Shown here in pieces: positions 48,585 through 58,266 of a stretch of DNA of 64,000 nt. How positions within the stretch are numbered: the stretch's first letter is position 1; each line of letters starts with the position of its first letter. Location: contig CAMMWP010000003.1 in the NCBI GenBank assembly GCA_946500615.1, forward strand, positions 20,756 to 84,755, given 5' to 3'. Both the position numbers and the translations under genes were made by a program. The notes beneath the pieces were generated by a model. It was not told the origin of the DNA and searched no databases. It was given only the letters and a program-made list of their open reading frames with translations. Source of the DNA: an uncultured Clostridium sp. Its GTDB lineage: Bacteria; Bacillota; Clostridia; TANB77; CAG-508.

Positions 48585-49031
48585 ATGAAAAAACAAAATG
48601 GTATTACATTAATCGCTTTAGTTATTACAATTATCGTATTGCTAATTTTGGCAGGGGTATCAATTGCAATGCTTACAGGGGATAATGGAATTTTAACAAA
48701 AGCAAGAAATGCAACTTCAGCAACAGACTTAGCAGAAGCCTTAGAAAGAGTAAATTTGGAATTAAATGCACAACTTGCCAACGCAATGTCTGGATCAGCA
48801 TTTGATGCTCAAGCAGATATCCAAGCAAACGTAAGCACAATGCCAGATGGCTACACAGCAACAGCTACTGTAACAAGTTCTGATTCTTATAGTACATCAA
48901 ATACAGTGACAATTAAACTTGCAGGACCAGAAGGTGTAACAATAACCCCAGCAGCTGGCGGAACAGTAAAATATGACAGTACAGATAAAGTTTGGGAAGT
49001 AACACCAGTTGAAGGTTCAGTTAATGAATAA
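48585..49031 (+). CDS. Pilin-like protein 2 (non-canonical class III signal)
   Basis: MKKQNG/ITLIALVITIIVLLILAGVSIAMLTGDNGILTKA. The N-terminus matches pilin 1 but with synonymous DNA differences. Confidence 0.7.
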   Translation: MKKQNGITLIALVITIIVLLILAGVSIAMLTGDNGILTKARNATSATDLAEALERVNLELNAQLANAMSGSAFDAQADIQANVSTMPDGYTATATVTSSDSYSTSNTVTIKLAGPEGVTITPAAGGTVKYDSTDKVWEVTPVEGSVNE

Positions 49032-49046
49032 AAAGTGTTTTACAAA

Positions 49047-49078
49047 AAGCCATACGCACACTAAAGTGTGTATGGCTT
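49047..49078 (+). terminator. Hairpin after the pilin genes (possible partial terminator)
   Basis: aagccatac..gtatggctt stem. The downstream T tract is weak. Confidence 0.4.
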
Positions 49079-49137
49079 AATTAATAAAAATGAAGCTAAA
49101 AAATAGTTTTAATTCACGCAAAATAGAAGGAGAAAAA

Positions 49138-49953
49138 ATGGATATACTACTATATATAATCATATTCATAATGGGAACGGTATTTGGTAGTTTCTTTACA
49201 TTAGCAATATATAGAATACCTAAAAATCAAGATATAACACATACACATTCATATTGTCCTAATTGTAATCATAAATTGGGATTTTTAGACTTGATTCCTG
49301 TATTTAGTTATATTTTTTTACTAGGAAAATGCAGATACTGTAAACAAAAAATAAGACCAAGATATTTTATTATAGAAATATTGTCAGGTATCACATTTGT
49401 ACTAGTAGCATATTTGATGAATATACATGTGGATAATTTAAAACTAATGATTTTAGCAGAAGGTGCATTTATGGCACTTTATTTGTGTTTCATTTTTATA
49501 ATGGCCGGAATTGACTTAGAAAATAGAAAAATTGATAAAATGATTTCTATGTATGGAATTATCTTATCTATCGCATATATCATATATCTATGTGTAATAG
49601 AAAATGCTAGTATATATAGATATATCATATATTTATTATTCTATATATTTATTTTGATTTTAGATTCTGTAACGCTAAAAAAGTATGCAAAAAATAGCTA
49701 TGTAAATGGTATTATAATGGCAGCAATCACGATGAGTATATTTACAGGAGAATATGTCATGATCAATACAATTATTATGACTTCGCTTGCTGTTTCATTT
49801 AATTTATTATTACATAAAATCCAAAATATAAAAAAAAGAGTAAGAAGAGAAAAAAAGGAATATGGTAAAAACATAAATTATGGATTTTATTTAGGAATTG
49901 CCAATGTTTTTAATGTTATATTTGCATTAGCTTGTTATCAATTTTTAATTTAG
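49138..49953 (+). CDS. pilD: Prepilin peptidase (A24 family), divergent
   Basis: N-terminal zinc-finger region CPNC...CRYC, LIPVFSY and the first Asp box AGIDLEN. C-terminal INYGFYLGIA resembles IPFGPFL. Confidence 0.8.
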   Translation: MDILLYIIIFIMGTVFGSFFTLAIYRIPKNQDITHTHSYCPNCNHKLGFLDLIPVFSYIFLLGKCRYCKQKIRPRYFIIEILSGITFVLVAYLMNIHVDNLKLMILAEGAFMALYLCFIFIMAGIDLENRKIDKMISMYGIILSIAYIIYLCVIENASIYRYIIYLLFYIFILILDSVTLKKYAKNSYVNGIIMAAITMSIFTGEYVMINTIIMTSLAVSFNLLLHKIQNIKKRVRREKKEYGKNINYGFYLGIANVFNVIFALACYQFLI

Positions 49954-49975
49954 CAAAATAAAGAAGGGAAAATTT

Positions 49976-50407
49976 ATGGATAGAAAAAGTGAAAAAGGAA
50001 TTACAACCATTGATGTTACGGTAGCAGTTATACTAATTACCATATTTGTAGCAATTATTACAACTCTGATGTATTATGTGAATACAAACCAAAAAGAGAT
50101 AGAAAGAAAATCTGAGGCAACAAATTATGCGATAAATGAAATAGAAGCAATCAAACAACAAGATTTCGAAACATTACAAGATACAGATGAAACTGCAAAT
50201 GATTATGAAAATATAGTAGATAGTACAGGTCATGCAACAGGATATGCTAAAAAAGTTACGATTATAGATTATTCCAATTTACCGGAAAATCAAGGAAATA
50301 CAGCTATTGTGTCTGGATTGGTAAAAAAGGTAACGGTACAAGTATCTTATAAAGATGCAGGTTTGACACAAACGATTGAATTATCTACTGTCATAACTAA
50401 AAAATAA
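49976..50407 (+). CDS. Minor pilin-like protein
   Basis: MDRKSEKG/ITTIDVTVAVILITIFVAII leader plus hydrophobic helix. Confidence 0.55.
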   Translation: MDRKSEKGITTIDVTVAVILITIFVAIITTLMYYVNTNQKEIERKSEATNYAINEIEAIKQQDFETLQDTDETANDYENIVDSTGHATGYAKKVTIIDYSNLPENQGNTAIVSGLVKKVTVQVSYKDAGLTQTIELSTVITKK

Positions 50408-50456
50408 TGATAACAAAGGTTGAAAGATATTGTGCTTAGTGAAAGGAATGAGATTA

Positions 50457-50909
50457 ATGATGAAAACACAAAAAGGTGTAACATTAATATCTGTAACAAT
50501 ATATGTAATTGTTATGTTGATAGTTGTTTCTGTTATAACAGTTTTAACTTCGTATTTTTATACAAATGTAGATGTGAGTTCTACAAGTCAAGATTTAAAT
50601 CAGCAATATACTCGATTTAATACATATTTTGTAGAAGAGACTAATAAAAGAGAAAATAAATTAGTAGAAATCAATGAAATAAAAGATAATAACGGAAATG
50701 TACAACAAAAATGTATTATATTTACGAGTGGAAACCAATACACATATATACCAGAAAATAAAGCAATATACATGAACAAAGTAAAAATAGCACAAAATAT
50801 TACAGATTGTTTGATGACAACTGAAGAGAATAATGACAAGACTACTATCAGTGTTACGATAAAGGGAGAAAATTTTGAGAGAACTACGAAATATACTTTA
50901 GCAGGATAA
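50457..50909 (+). CDS. Minor pilin-like protein
   Basis: MMKTQKG/VTLISVTIYVIVMLIVVSVI. ATG at 50457 lies 9 nt after AAAGGA. Confidence 0.55.
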   Translation: MMKTQKGVTLISVTIYVIVMLIVVSVITVLTSYFYTNVDVSSTSQDLNQQYTRFNTYFVEETNKRENKLVEINEIKDNNGNVQQKCIIFTSGNQYTYIPENKAIYMNKVKIAQNITDCLMTTEENNDKTTISVTIKGENFERTTKYTLAG

Positions 50910-50931
50910 ATTGCGAAAGAGGTGTTTTAAA

Positions 50932-52563
50932 ATGGAATTTAAGAAAAGACAACCAATAGGTGTAGAATTAGTAAAAAGAGGAATCATAGATGAAGAAGAC
51001 ATCGAAAGAGCATTAGAATATCAAAAAAATCATCCAAATACAAAAATAGGTGATTGTTTATATGAGTTAGAAATATGCGATCCATATATATTAATCACAA
51101 CAATAGGAGAAATTTTAGGTGAAAAAGGTATGCTTTTGAGTAAAAACATTATAAAGATTAATGTTGAAGACTATATTTCTTTAGACATTGCTAAGAAAAA
51201 TAAGGCAATTCCATTTGAAATAGAAAATGGTAAAATCAAAGTATGCTTTGCCAATACAGTTAATAGAAGAAGTGTAGAAACCATAAGATTGTTACTACTA
51301 AATAAAGGACTTATTATGGATGCCTATATTACTTTTGAAAAAGACATTATGAAAGTGTTAAAATCATTAGAAGGAAAGGCAAATACAGACATTAATGAGA
51401 CTGGAATTACTACAATTAATTTAGTAGATAGTATTATTAAAACAGGTATTGAAAAAAGAGCAAGTGATATTCATATAGAGCCAATGGCAACGACTGTCCG
51501 TGTTAGATATAGAATTGATGGTGAATTATTTACAGCAGCAAACCTTGATAAAGAAAAACAACAGCAAATTATTGGAAGACTAAAAGCTATTTCAAATATG
51601 CACCAAGAGAAACAAGAATCACAAGATGGTAGAATATTACTTTATGAGGACTACAATATTCGTGTGTCTTCACAGCCAAATGTGTATGGAGAAAAATTTG
51701 TTTTAAGATTATTGAAGAAAAATGCAAATATTAAAAATATATTTGATTTAGGATTTTATGGCGAAGAAGAAGAATTTAAAAAAAGTGTAAACAAAAAAAA
51801 TAGTATAACAATTATAGCAGCCCCAACAGGAGAAGGAAAAACAACTTCTTTGTATAGTATCATTGATTATTTGAATAAACCAGAAATTAATATTACAACG
51901 ATTGAAGATCCTGTAGAAATCAGAATACCAGGATTAAACCAAATAGAAATTAATAATAAGACCAGTTTTGCAGGTGCATTAAGAACCGTATTAAGACAAG
52001 ACCCAGATATTATTTTAGTAGGAGAAATTAGAGACAGAGAAACAGCTGAAATAGCAGTACAAGCAGGACAAACAGGGCATTATGTATTATCAACCATTCA
52101 TACAATTGATAGTATAGAAGTTATTAACAGATTAAGAAAAATAGGTGTATCTGATTATGATATTGCAAGTACTCTGGCAACAGCCATTTCTCAAAGATTA
52201 GTAAGAAGAATTTGTCCAAAATGTAAACGTGAAAGAGAATTTACGAAAGAAGAAAAAGATATCATAACAAGCATATTAGAAAAATATGGTGAAAAAGTAG
52301 ATTTTAAAGATATAAAAACATATGATTCACTTGGCTGTGAGTACTGTAATGGTTCTGGTTTTTATGACAGAATCGGTGTTTTTGAAATTTTAGATATTAC
52401 AGATGAGTTAAAAGAATTAATTGTTTCGGGAGCATCTAGTATGGAAATAAGGAACAAAGCATTAGAACAAAGTTATCAACCATTAATTGTCGATGGCATT
52501 AAAAAGGTGCTAAAAGGAGAAACAACCATAGAAGAATTAAATAAAAAGTTATTATTTTTCTAA
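50932..52563 (+). CDS. pilB: Type IV pilus extension ATPase (GspE/PilB family)
   Basis: MshEN-like N-domain, Walker A APTGEGKTT, Asp/His boxes, tetracysteine motif CPKC...CEYCNGSG. Confidence 0.9.
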   Translation: MEFKKRQPIGVELVKRGIIDEEDIERALEYQKNHPNTKIGDCLYELEICDPYILITTIGEILGEKGMLLSKNIIKINVEDYISLDIAKKNKAIPFEIENGKIKVCFANTVNRRSVETIRLLLLNKGLIMDAYITFEKDIMKVLKSLEGKANTDINETGITTINLVDSIIKTGIEKRASDIHIEPMATTVRVRYRIDGELFTAANLDKEKQQQIIGRLKAISNMHQEKQESQDGRILLYEDYNIRVSSQPNVYGEKFVLRLLKKNANIKNIFDLGFYGEEEEFKKSVNKKNSITIIAAPTGEGKTTSLYSIIDYLNKPEINITTIEDPVEIRIPGLNQIEINNKTSFAGALRTVLRQDPDIILVGEIRDRETAEIAVQAGQTGHYVLSTIHTIDSIEVINRLRKIGVSDYDIASTLATAISQRLVRRICPKCKREREFTKEEKDIITSILEKYGEKVDFKDIKTYDSLGCEYCNGSGFYDRIGVFEILDITDELKELIVSGASSMEIRNKALEQSYQPLIVDGIKKVLKGETTIEELNKKLLFF

Positions 52564-52590
52564 TAAACAATTGCCAAGGAGGAAAAGAAA

Positions 52591-53697
52591 ATGAATATAG
52601 ATAAAATTCTAGATATTGCAATGGAAAAAGATGCATCAGATGTTCATATGATATGTGGAAATAAGCCAATTCTTAGAATTACTAGAGATTTAGTAGAAAT
52701 AGAAGAGATGAAAGAATTGACAGAAGAAGATATGGTAGAAGTATATGATTATTTAGTAAAAGGAAATGTAGATAAAGATGAGGTATATCATTCGACAAAA
52801 AAATTGGACTTGTCATATGAATATAAAGACATCCGTTTAAGGGTCAATATTTCATCATCAGATGAAATTCCTACATGCACATTAAGACTAATAAAAAATG
52901 AACTGCCACCCTATGAATCTTTAGGAATTCCAGATGTGGTAAGAAGAATGACATATCAACCACAAGGGCTAATATTGGTTACAGGAAAGACCAATTCGGG
53001 TAAAAGTACAACATTAAATTCTATGATTGATTATATTAATGAAAATCAAAATAAAAAAATATTAACATTAGAAAACCCAATTGAATATAAACATCATTCT
53101 AAAAAATCATTAATTGTTCAAAAAGAAGTTGGAAAAGGAAGAGATGCCCTAACATTTAGTGATGGTGTAAAAAACTCTTTAAGAGAGGACTGCGATATTC
53201 TAGTGATTGGAGAGATTAGAGATAGAACAACCATGGAAGCAGCAATTGAAATGGCAGAATCAGGACATTTGGTTGTAGGAACTTTACACACAAAATCATG
53301 TGCAGAAACAATTGATAGAATGATAAACTTTTATGAAGTAAGAGATCAAGCAAGTATAAAATATCTTTTATCAGCACTATTAAAATTAGTTGTGTCACAG
53401 AGACTATTAAAAGGAACGGATGGAAGTTTGGTTTTAGTACCAGAAGTTATGGTAGTCGATAATATAGTAGCAGGAATTATCAGAAAAGAAAAATTAAGTG
53501 TATCAGAAATAGAAGATGCCATACAAAGTAATTTAGAAAAGGGAAGTATTGGACTTATTAATTCATTAGCAGAACTTTTTGTAGAGGATAGAATTACACT
53601 AGAACAAGCTAAATCTCAAATTGAAGAGAAAAATCAAGAAATTTTAAATAGAACAATTATGCAATTAAGAATAAAAAAAGGCACAAAAAACAATTAA
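52591..53697 (+). CDS. pilT: Twitching-motility retraction ATPase
   Basis: ASDVHM, Walker A GKTNSGKSTT, GEIRD, GHLVVGTLHT. Confidence 0.9.
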   Translation: MNIDKILDIAMEKDASDVHMICGNKPILRITRDLVEIEEMKELTEEDMVEVYDYLVKGNVDKDEVYHSTKKLDLSYEYKDIRLRVNISSSDEIPTCTLRLIKNELPPYESLGIPDVVRRMTYQPQGLILVTGKTNSGKSTTLNSMIDYINENQNKKILTLENPIEYKHHSKKSLIVQKEVGKGRDALTFSDGVKNSLREDCDILVIGEIRDRTTMEAAIEMAESGHLVVGTLHTKSCAETIDRMINFYEVRDQASIKYLLSALLKLVVSQRLLKGTDGSLVLVPEVMVVDNIVAGIIRKEKLSVSEIEDAIQSNLEKGSIGLINSLAELFVEDRITLEQAKSQIEEKNQEILNRTIMQLRIKKGTKNN

Positions 53698-53709
53698 AGG
53701 AGGTAAAAC

Positions 53710-55056
53710 ATGCCAACTTATATATATAGGGCAATGACTGAAACAGGATTAATTGTTAGGAATAAAATCGAATCACCTAGTAGACAAAACCTACTAAAAA
53801 CATTAAAGGGAAATGGACTATTGCCAATAGACGTTCAGCAAATTCGATATGTAGGAAAACAACCAAAAAAAGCAAAGAAAAATATAACCAATATTGAAGA
53901 GATTATGAAAAATATAAATACCACAAATATTGGAAAAAGTAAACCAAAACAATTATCGACTAAAGAAAAAATTAATCTATACTTTGCTAAAACAGAAAAG
54001 ATCACAAATAGAGATATTATTATATTCACTCAAAACTTTTATCTACTAAAAAAGGCAAATTTTAATAATATTCATGCATTAGATACCATTATTCAAAGTA
54101 CGGAAAATGTATCTTTTAAAGGGATATTAGAAGATATATTAGCAGGTGTTGAAGCTGGTGAAAATATGTATTCAACAATGGAATACTATTCAAATATATT
54201 TCCATATATCTACATCAATATGATAAAAGTAGGAGAACTTTCTGGTTCATTAACCAATTCTTTAGAACAAGCAGTAAAATATTTGGAAGAATCAGATTCT
54301 TTAACTAGAAAGTTAAAATCTATCTTAATACCAAACATTGTACAATTTATATTATTATTGGTAATGTTATTTGTAGGAACAATGGTTGCAATTCCTACAA
54401 TTCAAGGAATATTCGATGAGATGGGAACAGAAGAAGAATTACCAGCAGTTACTTTATGGTTCGCAGATGTAGTAGATGGCATAATTGCGTATTGGTATAT
54501 ACCAGTCATGATTCTGGTAGTGATTGCGGCAGGGATTTTATTTTATATTAACACACCAAAAGGTAAATATAATTTCCATTATTTTAAATATAAAATGCCA
54601 ATATTTGGAGAATTGATTTTTGCTTTAGACTTTTCAAGATTTTTAAAGGCGATGTTATTAAATTTAAGAAATGGAATGAGAATACAGGATTCTATTGAAG
54701 TTAGTAAAAACGTTATAAAAAATTACGTAATGCTATCTATGATAGAAACATCAATTAATAACATGCTTACTGGATCATCATGGATAGAACCATTTGAAGA
54801 ATCTGGTTTGGCTAAACCAATGATAACAGAAATGTTAAAAATAGGTATGCAAACAGACTTAGCAGAAATGATGGAAAAATTGGTGGAATATATGCAAATC
54901 GATATAGATAATATTATGCAAAAAATAATGAAAGTACTACCACAAGTAGTTTATGCAATTGTTGGAGTGGTGTTAATCTTCTTCGTATTAGTTGTACTAG
55001 TGCCATGTATTCAAGTATATATGGGAAATTTCTTATTCTCAGCATATGGTGTTTAA
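53710..55056 (+). CDS. pilC: Type IV pilus platform protein (GspF/PilC family)
   Basis: Two GspF-type repeats with 3 TM segments. 448 aa. Confidence 0.88.
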   Translation: MPTYIYRAMTETGLIVRNKIESPSRQNLLKTLKGNGLLPIDVQQIRYVGKQPKKAKKNITNIEEIMKNINTTNIGKSKPKQLSTKEKINLYFAKTEKITNRDIIIFTQNFYLLKKANFNNIHALDTIIQSTENVSFKGILEDILAGVEAGENMYSTMEYYSNIFPYIYINMIKVGELSGSLTNSLEQAVKYLEESDSLTRKLKSILIPNIVQFILLLVMLFVGTMVAIPTIQGIFDEMGTEEELPAVTLWFADVVDGIIAYWYIPVMILVVIAAGILFYINTPKGKYNFHYFKYKMPIFGELIFALDFSRFLKAMLLNLRNGMRIQDSIEVSKNVIKNYVMLSMIETSINNMLTGSSWIEPFEESGLAKPMITEMLKIGMQTDLAEMMEKLVEYMQIDIDNIMQKIMKVLPQVVYAIVGVVLIFFVLVVLVPCIQVYMGNFLFSAYGV

Positions 55057-55127
55057 AAAGGGAATTTGGGGACAGACTCATTTTCCCCTTTTTTGTTTCC
55101 TATATCACAAAAAATAACGTTGCACAG

Positions 55128-55381
55128 TAAAAACTGGTTACCATTCAGAGTTTCCCATCTGAGGGGATTTATATGGTATGGTTTTATAAGCGTTCTCGGC
55201 TACCCTCCAAGTTTCGTTTAAGAAATTCTAATATCTAAATCGTAACGATACCCGGAAACAGGACCCTTTACGACTTATATATAAGAATTTCTAAAACGAT
55301 TCCGGTCGCATTCGAACGCTTATAAAACCATACCATATAAATCCCCTCAGATGGGAAACTCTGAATGGTAACCAGTTTTTA
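55128..55381 (+). repeat. Foldback element copy C (perfect >60-bp arms)
   Basis: Left arm taaaaactggttaccattcagagtttcccatctgaggggatttatatggtatggttttataagcgttc is the exact reverse complement of the right arm. The core is as in copies A and B. Confidence 0.85.
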
Positions 55382-55482
55382 TGAAATATTATATAAATTT
55401 TTAATAATATGATGAAATTTTAGAAACCATATGATATAATCAAAAAGAAAAGTACACGATTCAAGAAAGTGGTGAGCCTAAA

Positions 55483-56385
55483 ATGAAAATAGGAATTGAT
55501 TTAGGTGGTAGTCATATTGCCATAGGTGTAGTAGATAACAAAGGAAAAATACTAGAAAAAGTAGAAAAACGAATTACCAAAGCAGAAAAAAACACCATCA
55601 AAAAAGTAATAGAAGAATATATTATTGAAAAAACAGCAAATTTTTTAGAACAATATAAAATCACAGAAATGGGAATTGCTATACCGGGAACAGTAGAAAA
55701 TGAAAAGGTTACAAAATCTGTTAACTTAGGATTAAAAAATTATGAGATTGTGAAAAATTTACAAGAAAACATATCATTGCCAATAACCATTCGAAATGAT
55801 GCAAAATGTGCAGCACTTGCTGAAAACACATATGGATCATTAAAATCTTATGATAGAAGTATATTTTTAACTTTAGGAACAGGAATTGGAGGAGCCGTTA
55901 TCATTAAAGACCAATTATTAGATACAGGTAGTTTGCCGGGATGTGAATTTGGGCATATGATGATAGAAAAAAATGGAAGAATTTGCAATTGTGGAAAAAA
56001 AGGCTGTTGGGAAACATATGCTTCTATGAAGGCTTTTAAGGATCATTTAAGAGAAATTTTAAATTTAGATGAAAAAACAAGTGGAAAAGAATTGTTACAA
56101 ATATTAAGAAAAATGGATAAAGAGAACCCCAAATATGCTAAAACAAATCAATTAATAGAGCAATATGTAGAATTTTTAAGTATAGGAATATCGAATTTGA
56201 TAAATATTTTTGAACCAGAAGCCATTGGAATTGGTGGAAGTTTTGTATTTTATGAAGAGATCTTTTTAGAAAAACTAAAAACAAAATTGTTGAAGGATAA
56301 CGTATTGTTTAATGAAAGAAAAGAAATGAATATTCAAACTGCTATATTAGACAATGATGCAGGCATTATTGGAGCAACTTTATAA
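55483..56385 (+). CDS. ROK-family glucokinase
   Basis: IGIDLGGSHI, NDAKCAALAE, zinc motif GHM...C.CG..GCWE. Confidence 0.8.
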   Translation: MKIGIDLGGSHIAIGVVDNKGKILEKVEKRITKAEKNTIKKVIEEYIIEKTANFLEQYKITEMGIAIPGTVENEKVTKSVNLGLKNYEIVKNLQENISLPITIRNDAKCAALAENTYGSLKSYDRSIFLTLGTGIGGAVIIKDQLLDTGSLPGCEFGHMMIEKNGRICNCGKKGCWETYASMKAFKDHLREILNLDEKTSGKELLQILRKMDKENPKYAKTNQLIEQYVEFLSIGISNLINIFEPEAIGIGGSFVFYEEIFLEKLKTKLLKDNVLFNERKEMNIQTAILDNDAGIIGATL

Positions 56386-56464
56386 GGTATATGGAAAATA
56401 TCATATCTATCATCACTAGATGTTAAATGCAATAAAATAAAAGAGAATGAAGGGAGAATTTTTT

Positions 56465-57400
56465 ATGAAAGAAGAAAAAAAAGCCACTAGACAAAGTTAT
56501 GGAGAAATATTAGAAACGTTAGGAGAAAAAAATGAAAAAATTGTTGTATTAGATGCAGACTTGTCAGCAGCAACGAAAACAAGTATTTTTGCAAAAAAAA
56601 TTCCAGACAGATTTTTCGATATGGGAATTGCAGAAGCAAATATGATGGGAGTAGCTGCTGGAATGGCATCATGTGGAAAAATTCCATTTGTAAGTACATT
56701 TGCAGCTTTTGCAGCAGGACGTGCCTATGACCAAATACGTTCAAGTATTTGTTATCCAAATCTAAATGTGAAAATATGTGCAACACATTGTGGAATTACC
56801 GTAGGAGAAGATGGAGCAACACATCAAATGCTAGAAGATTTAGCTTTGATGAGAGCTTTACCTAATATGACAGTGATATCCCCATCTGATGATGTACAAA
56901 CAAAATGGTTAATAGAAGAAATTTCTAAAGTAGATGGACCAGTATATGTAAGATTGGCAAGATTGGCAACACCAGTGATTTATGAGGAAACACAAAAATT
57001 TGAAATAGGAAAAGCTATACAAATAGGAGAAGGAACAGATGCCACTGTTTTTGCAACAGGTGTGGTTGTACCAGAGGCTATAAAAGCAAAAGAAATTTTA
57101 GAAAAAGAAGGGATTCATATCCGTGTTGTAGATGTACATACAATTAAACCAATTGATAAAGAAATGATTATAAAATCAGCAAAGGAAACGAAAAAACTGA
57201 TATCTATAGAAGACCATAGTATCATTGGTGGATTGGGAAGTGCCATTGCAGAAGTTTTAACAGAGGAATATCCTTGTAAATTGCTTAGAATGGGAATGAA
57301 AGATGTGTTTGGAAAATCTGGAAATGCAGTTGAATTATTAAAATATTTTGGGTTGACGAGTGAAGAAATCATCAAGGTTATCAAAAATAAAGATTTGTAA
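56465..57400 (+). CDS. Transketolase, C-terminal (pyrimidine-binding) subunit
   Basis: ATRQSYGE, DADLS..T, GIAEANM, ATHCGITVGEDGATHQ. ATG at 56465 follows GAAGGGAG. Confidence 0.85.
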   Translation: MKEEKKATRQSYGEILETLGEKNEKIVVLDADLSAATKTSIFAKKIPDRFFDMGIAEANMMGVAAGMASCGKIPFVSTFAAFAAGRAYDQIRSSICYPNLNVKICATHCGITVGEDGATHQMLEDLALMRALPNMTVISPSDDVQTKWLIEEISKVDGPVYVRLARLATPVIYEETQKFEIGKAIQIGEGTDATVFATGVVVPEAIKAKEILEKEGIHIRVVDVHTIKPIDKEMIIKSAKETKKLISIEDHSIIGGLGSAIAEVLTEEYPCKLLRMGMKDVFGKSGNAVELLKYFGLTSEEIIKVIKNKDL

Positions 57401-57440
57401 ATTTTGTGTGAATTTTTCAAAATAAAGAAAAAGGAAGAAA

Positions 57441-57485
57441 AACAATAGAAAAGGTAAAAAAACCAACATTTTCTATTGTTTTTTT
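57441..57485 (+). terminator. Rho-independent terminator
   Basis: 12-bp stem aacaatagaaaa/ttttctattgtt followed by a T run. Confidence 0.7.
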
Positions 57486-57585
57486 ATATAATACCTATTG
57501 CAAATTTTGTTCTTTATTGTTATGATTAGAGAGAATAAATGATATAATAGAATATTATGCAAAAAACATATAAGGAGAGCAAAAG

Positions 57586-58266
57586 ATGATTGAATTTAGA
57601 AATGTCACAAAGACATATAGTACAGGAACAAAAGCAGTAAAAAACGCAAATTTTAGAATAGAAAAAGGAGAATTTGCTTTTTTAGTTGGCTCTTCAGGAA
57701 GTGGAAAATCAACACTAATCAAATTGATATTAAAAGAAGAAGAACCAACATCAGGCAATATTATTATCAATGGAAAAGATACAACATTTTTAAAACCAAG
57801 TAGAATTCCATATTTAAGAAGAAGTATGGGGGTTGTATTTCAAGATTTCAGACTATTACCAGACAAAACCGTATATGACAATGTAGCTTATGCCATGTAT
57901 ATTGTAAGAGCGACACCAAGACATATTAGGAGACAAGTTCCAATGGTGCTTTCATTAGTAGGATTAAGCGGAAAAGCAAAAATGTATCCAAACGAATTAT
58001 CTGGAGGAGAACAACAAAGAGTGGCTTTAGCAAGAGCATTAGTCAACAATCCATCTATGTTAATTGCAGACGAGCCAACAGGAAACTTGGACCCAGACAC
58101 AGCATGGGATATTATGACATTATTAAATGACATCAATATGAGAGGAACAACAGTAGTTGTAGCAACACATGCGAAAGACATTGTAGACAAAATGAAAAAA
58201 AGAGTGATTCATGTTAGAAAAGGTGAAATTATAAAAGACGATAAAAAAGGTGGGTATGAACTGTGA
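57586..58266 (+). CDS. ftsE: Cell division ATP-binding protein FtsE
   Basis: Walker A GSSGSGKST, LSGGEQQR, LIADEPTGNLD. Confidence 0.93.
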   Translation: MIEFRNVTKTYSTGTKAVKNANFRIEKGEFAFLVGSSGSGKSTLIKLILKEEEPTSGNIIINGKDTTFLKPSRIPYLRRSMGVVFQDFRLLPDKTVYDNVAYAMYIVRATPRHIRRQVPMVLSLVGLSGKAKMYPNELSGGEQQRVALARALVNNPSMLIADEPTGNLDPDTAWDIMTLLNDINMRGTTVVVATHAKDIVDKMKKRVIHVRKGEIIKDDKKGGYEL

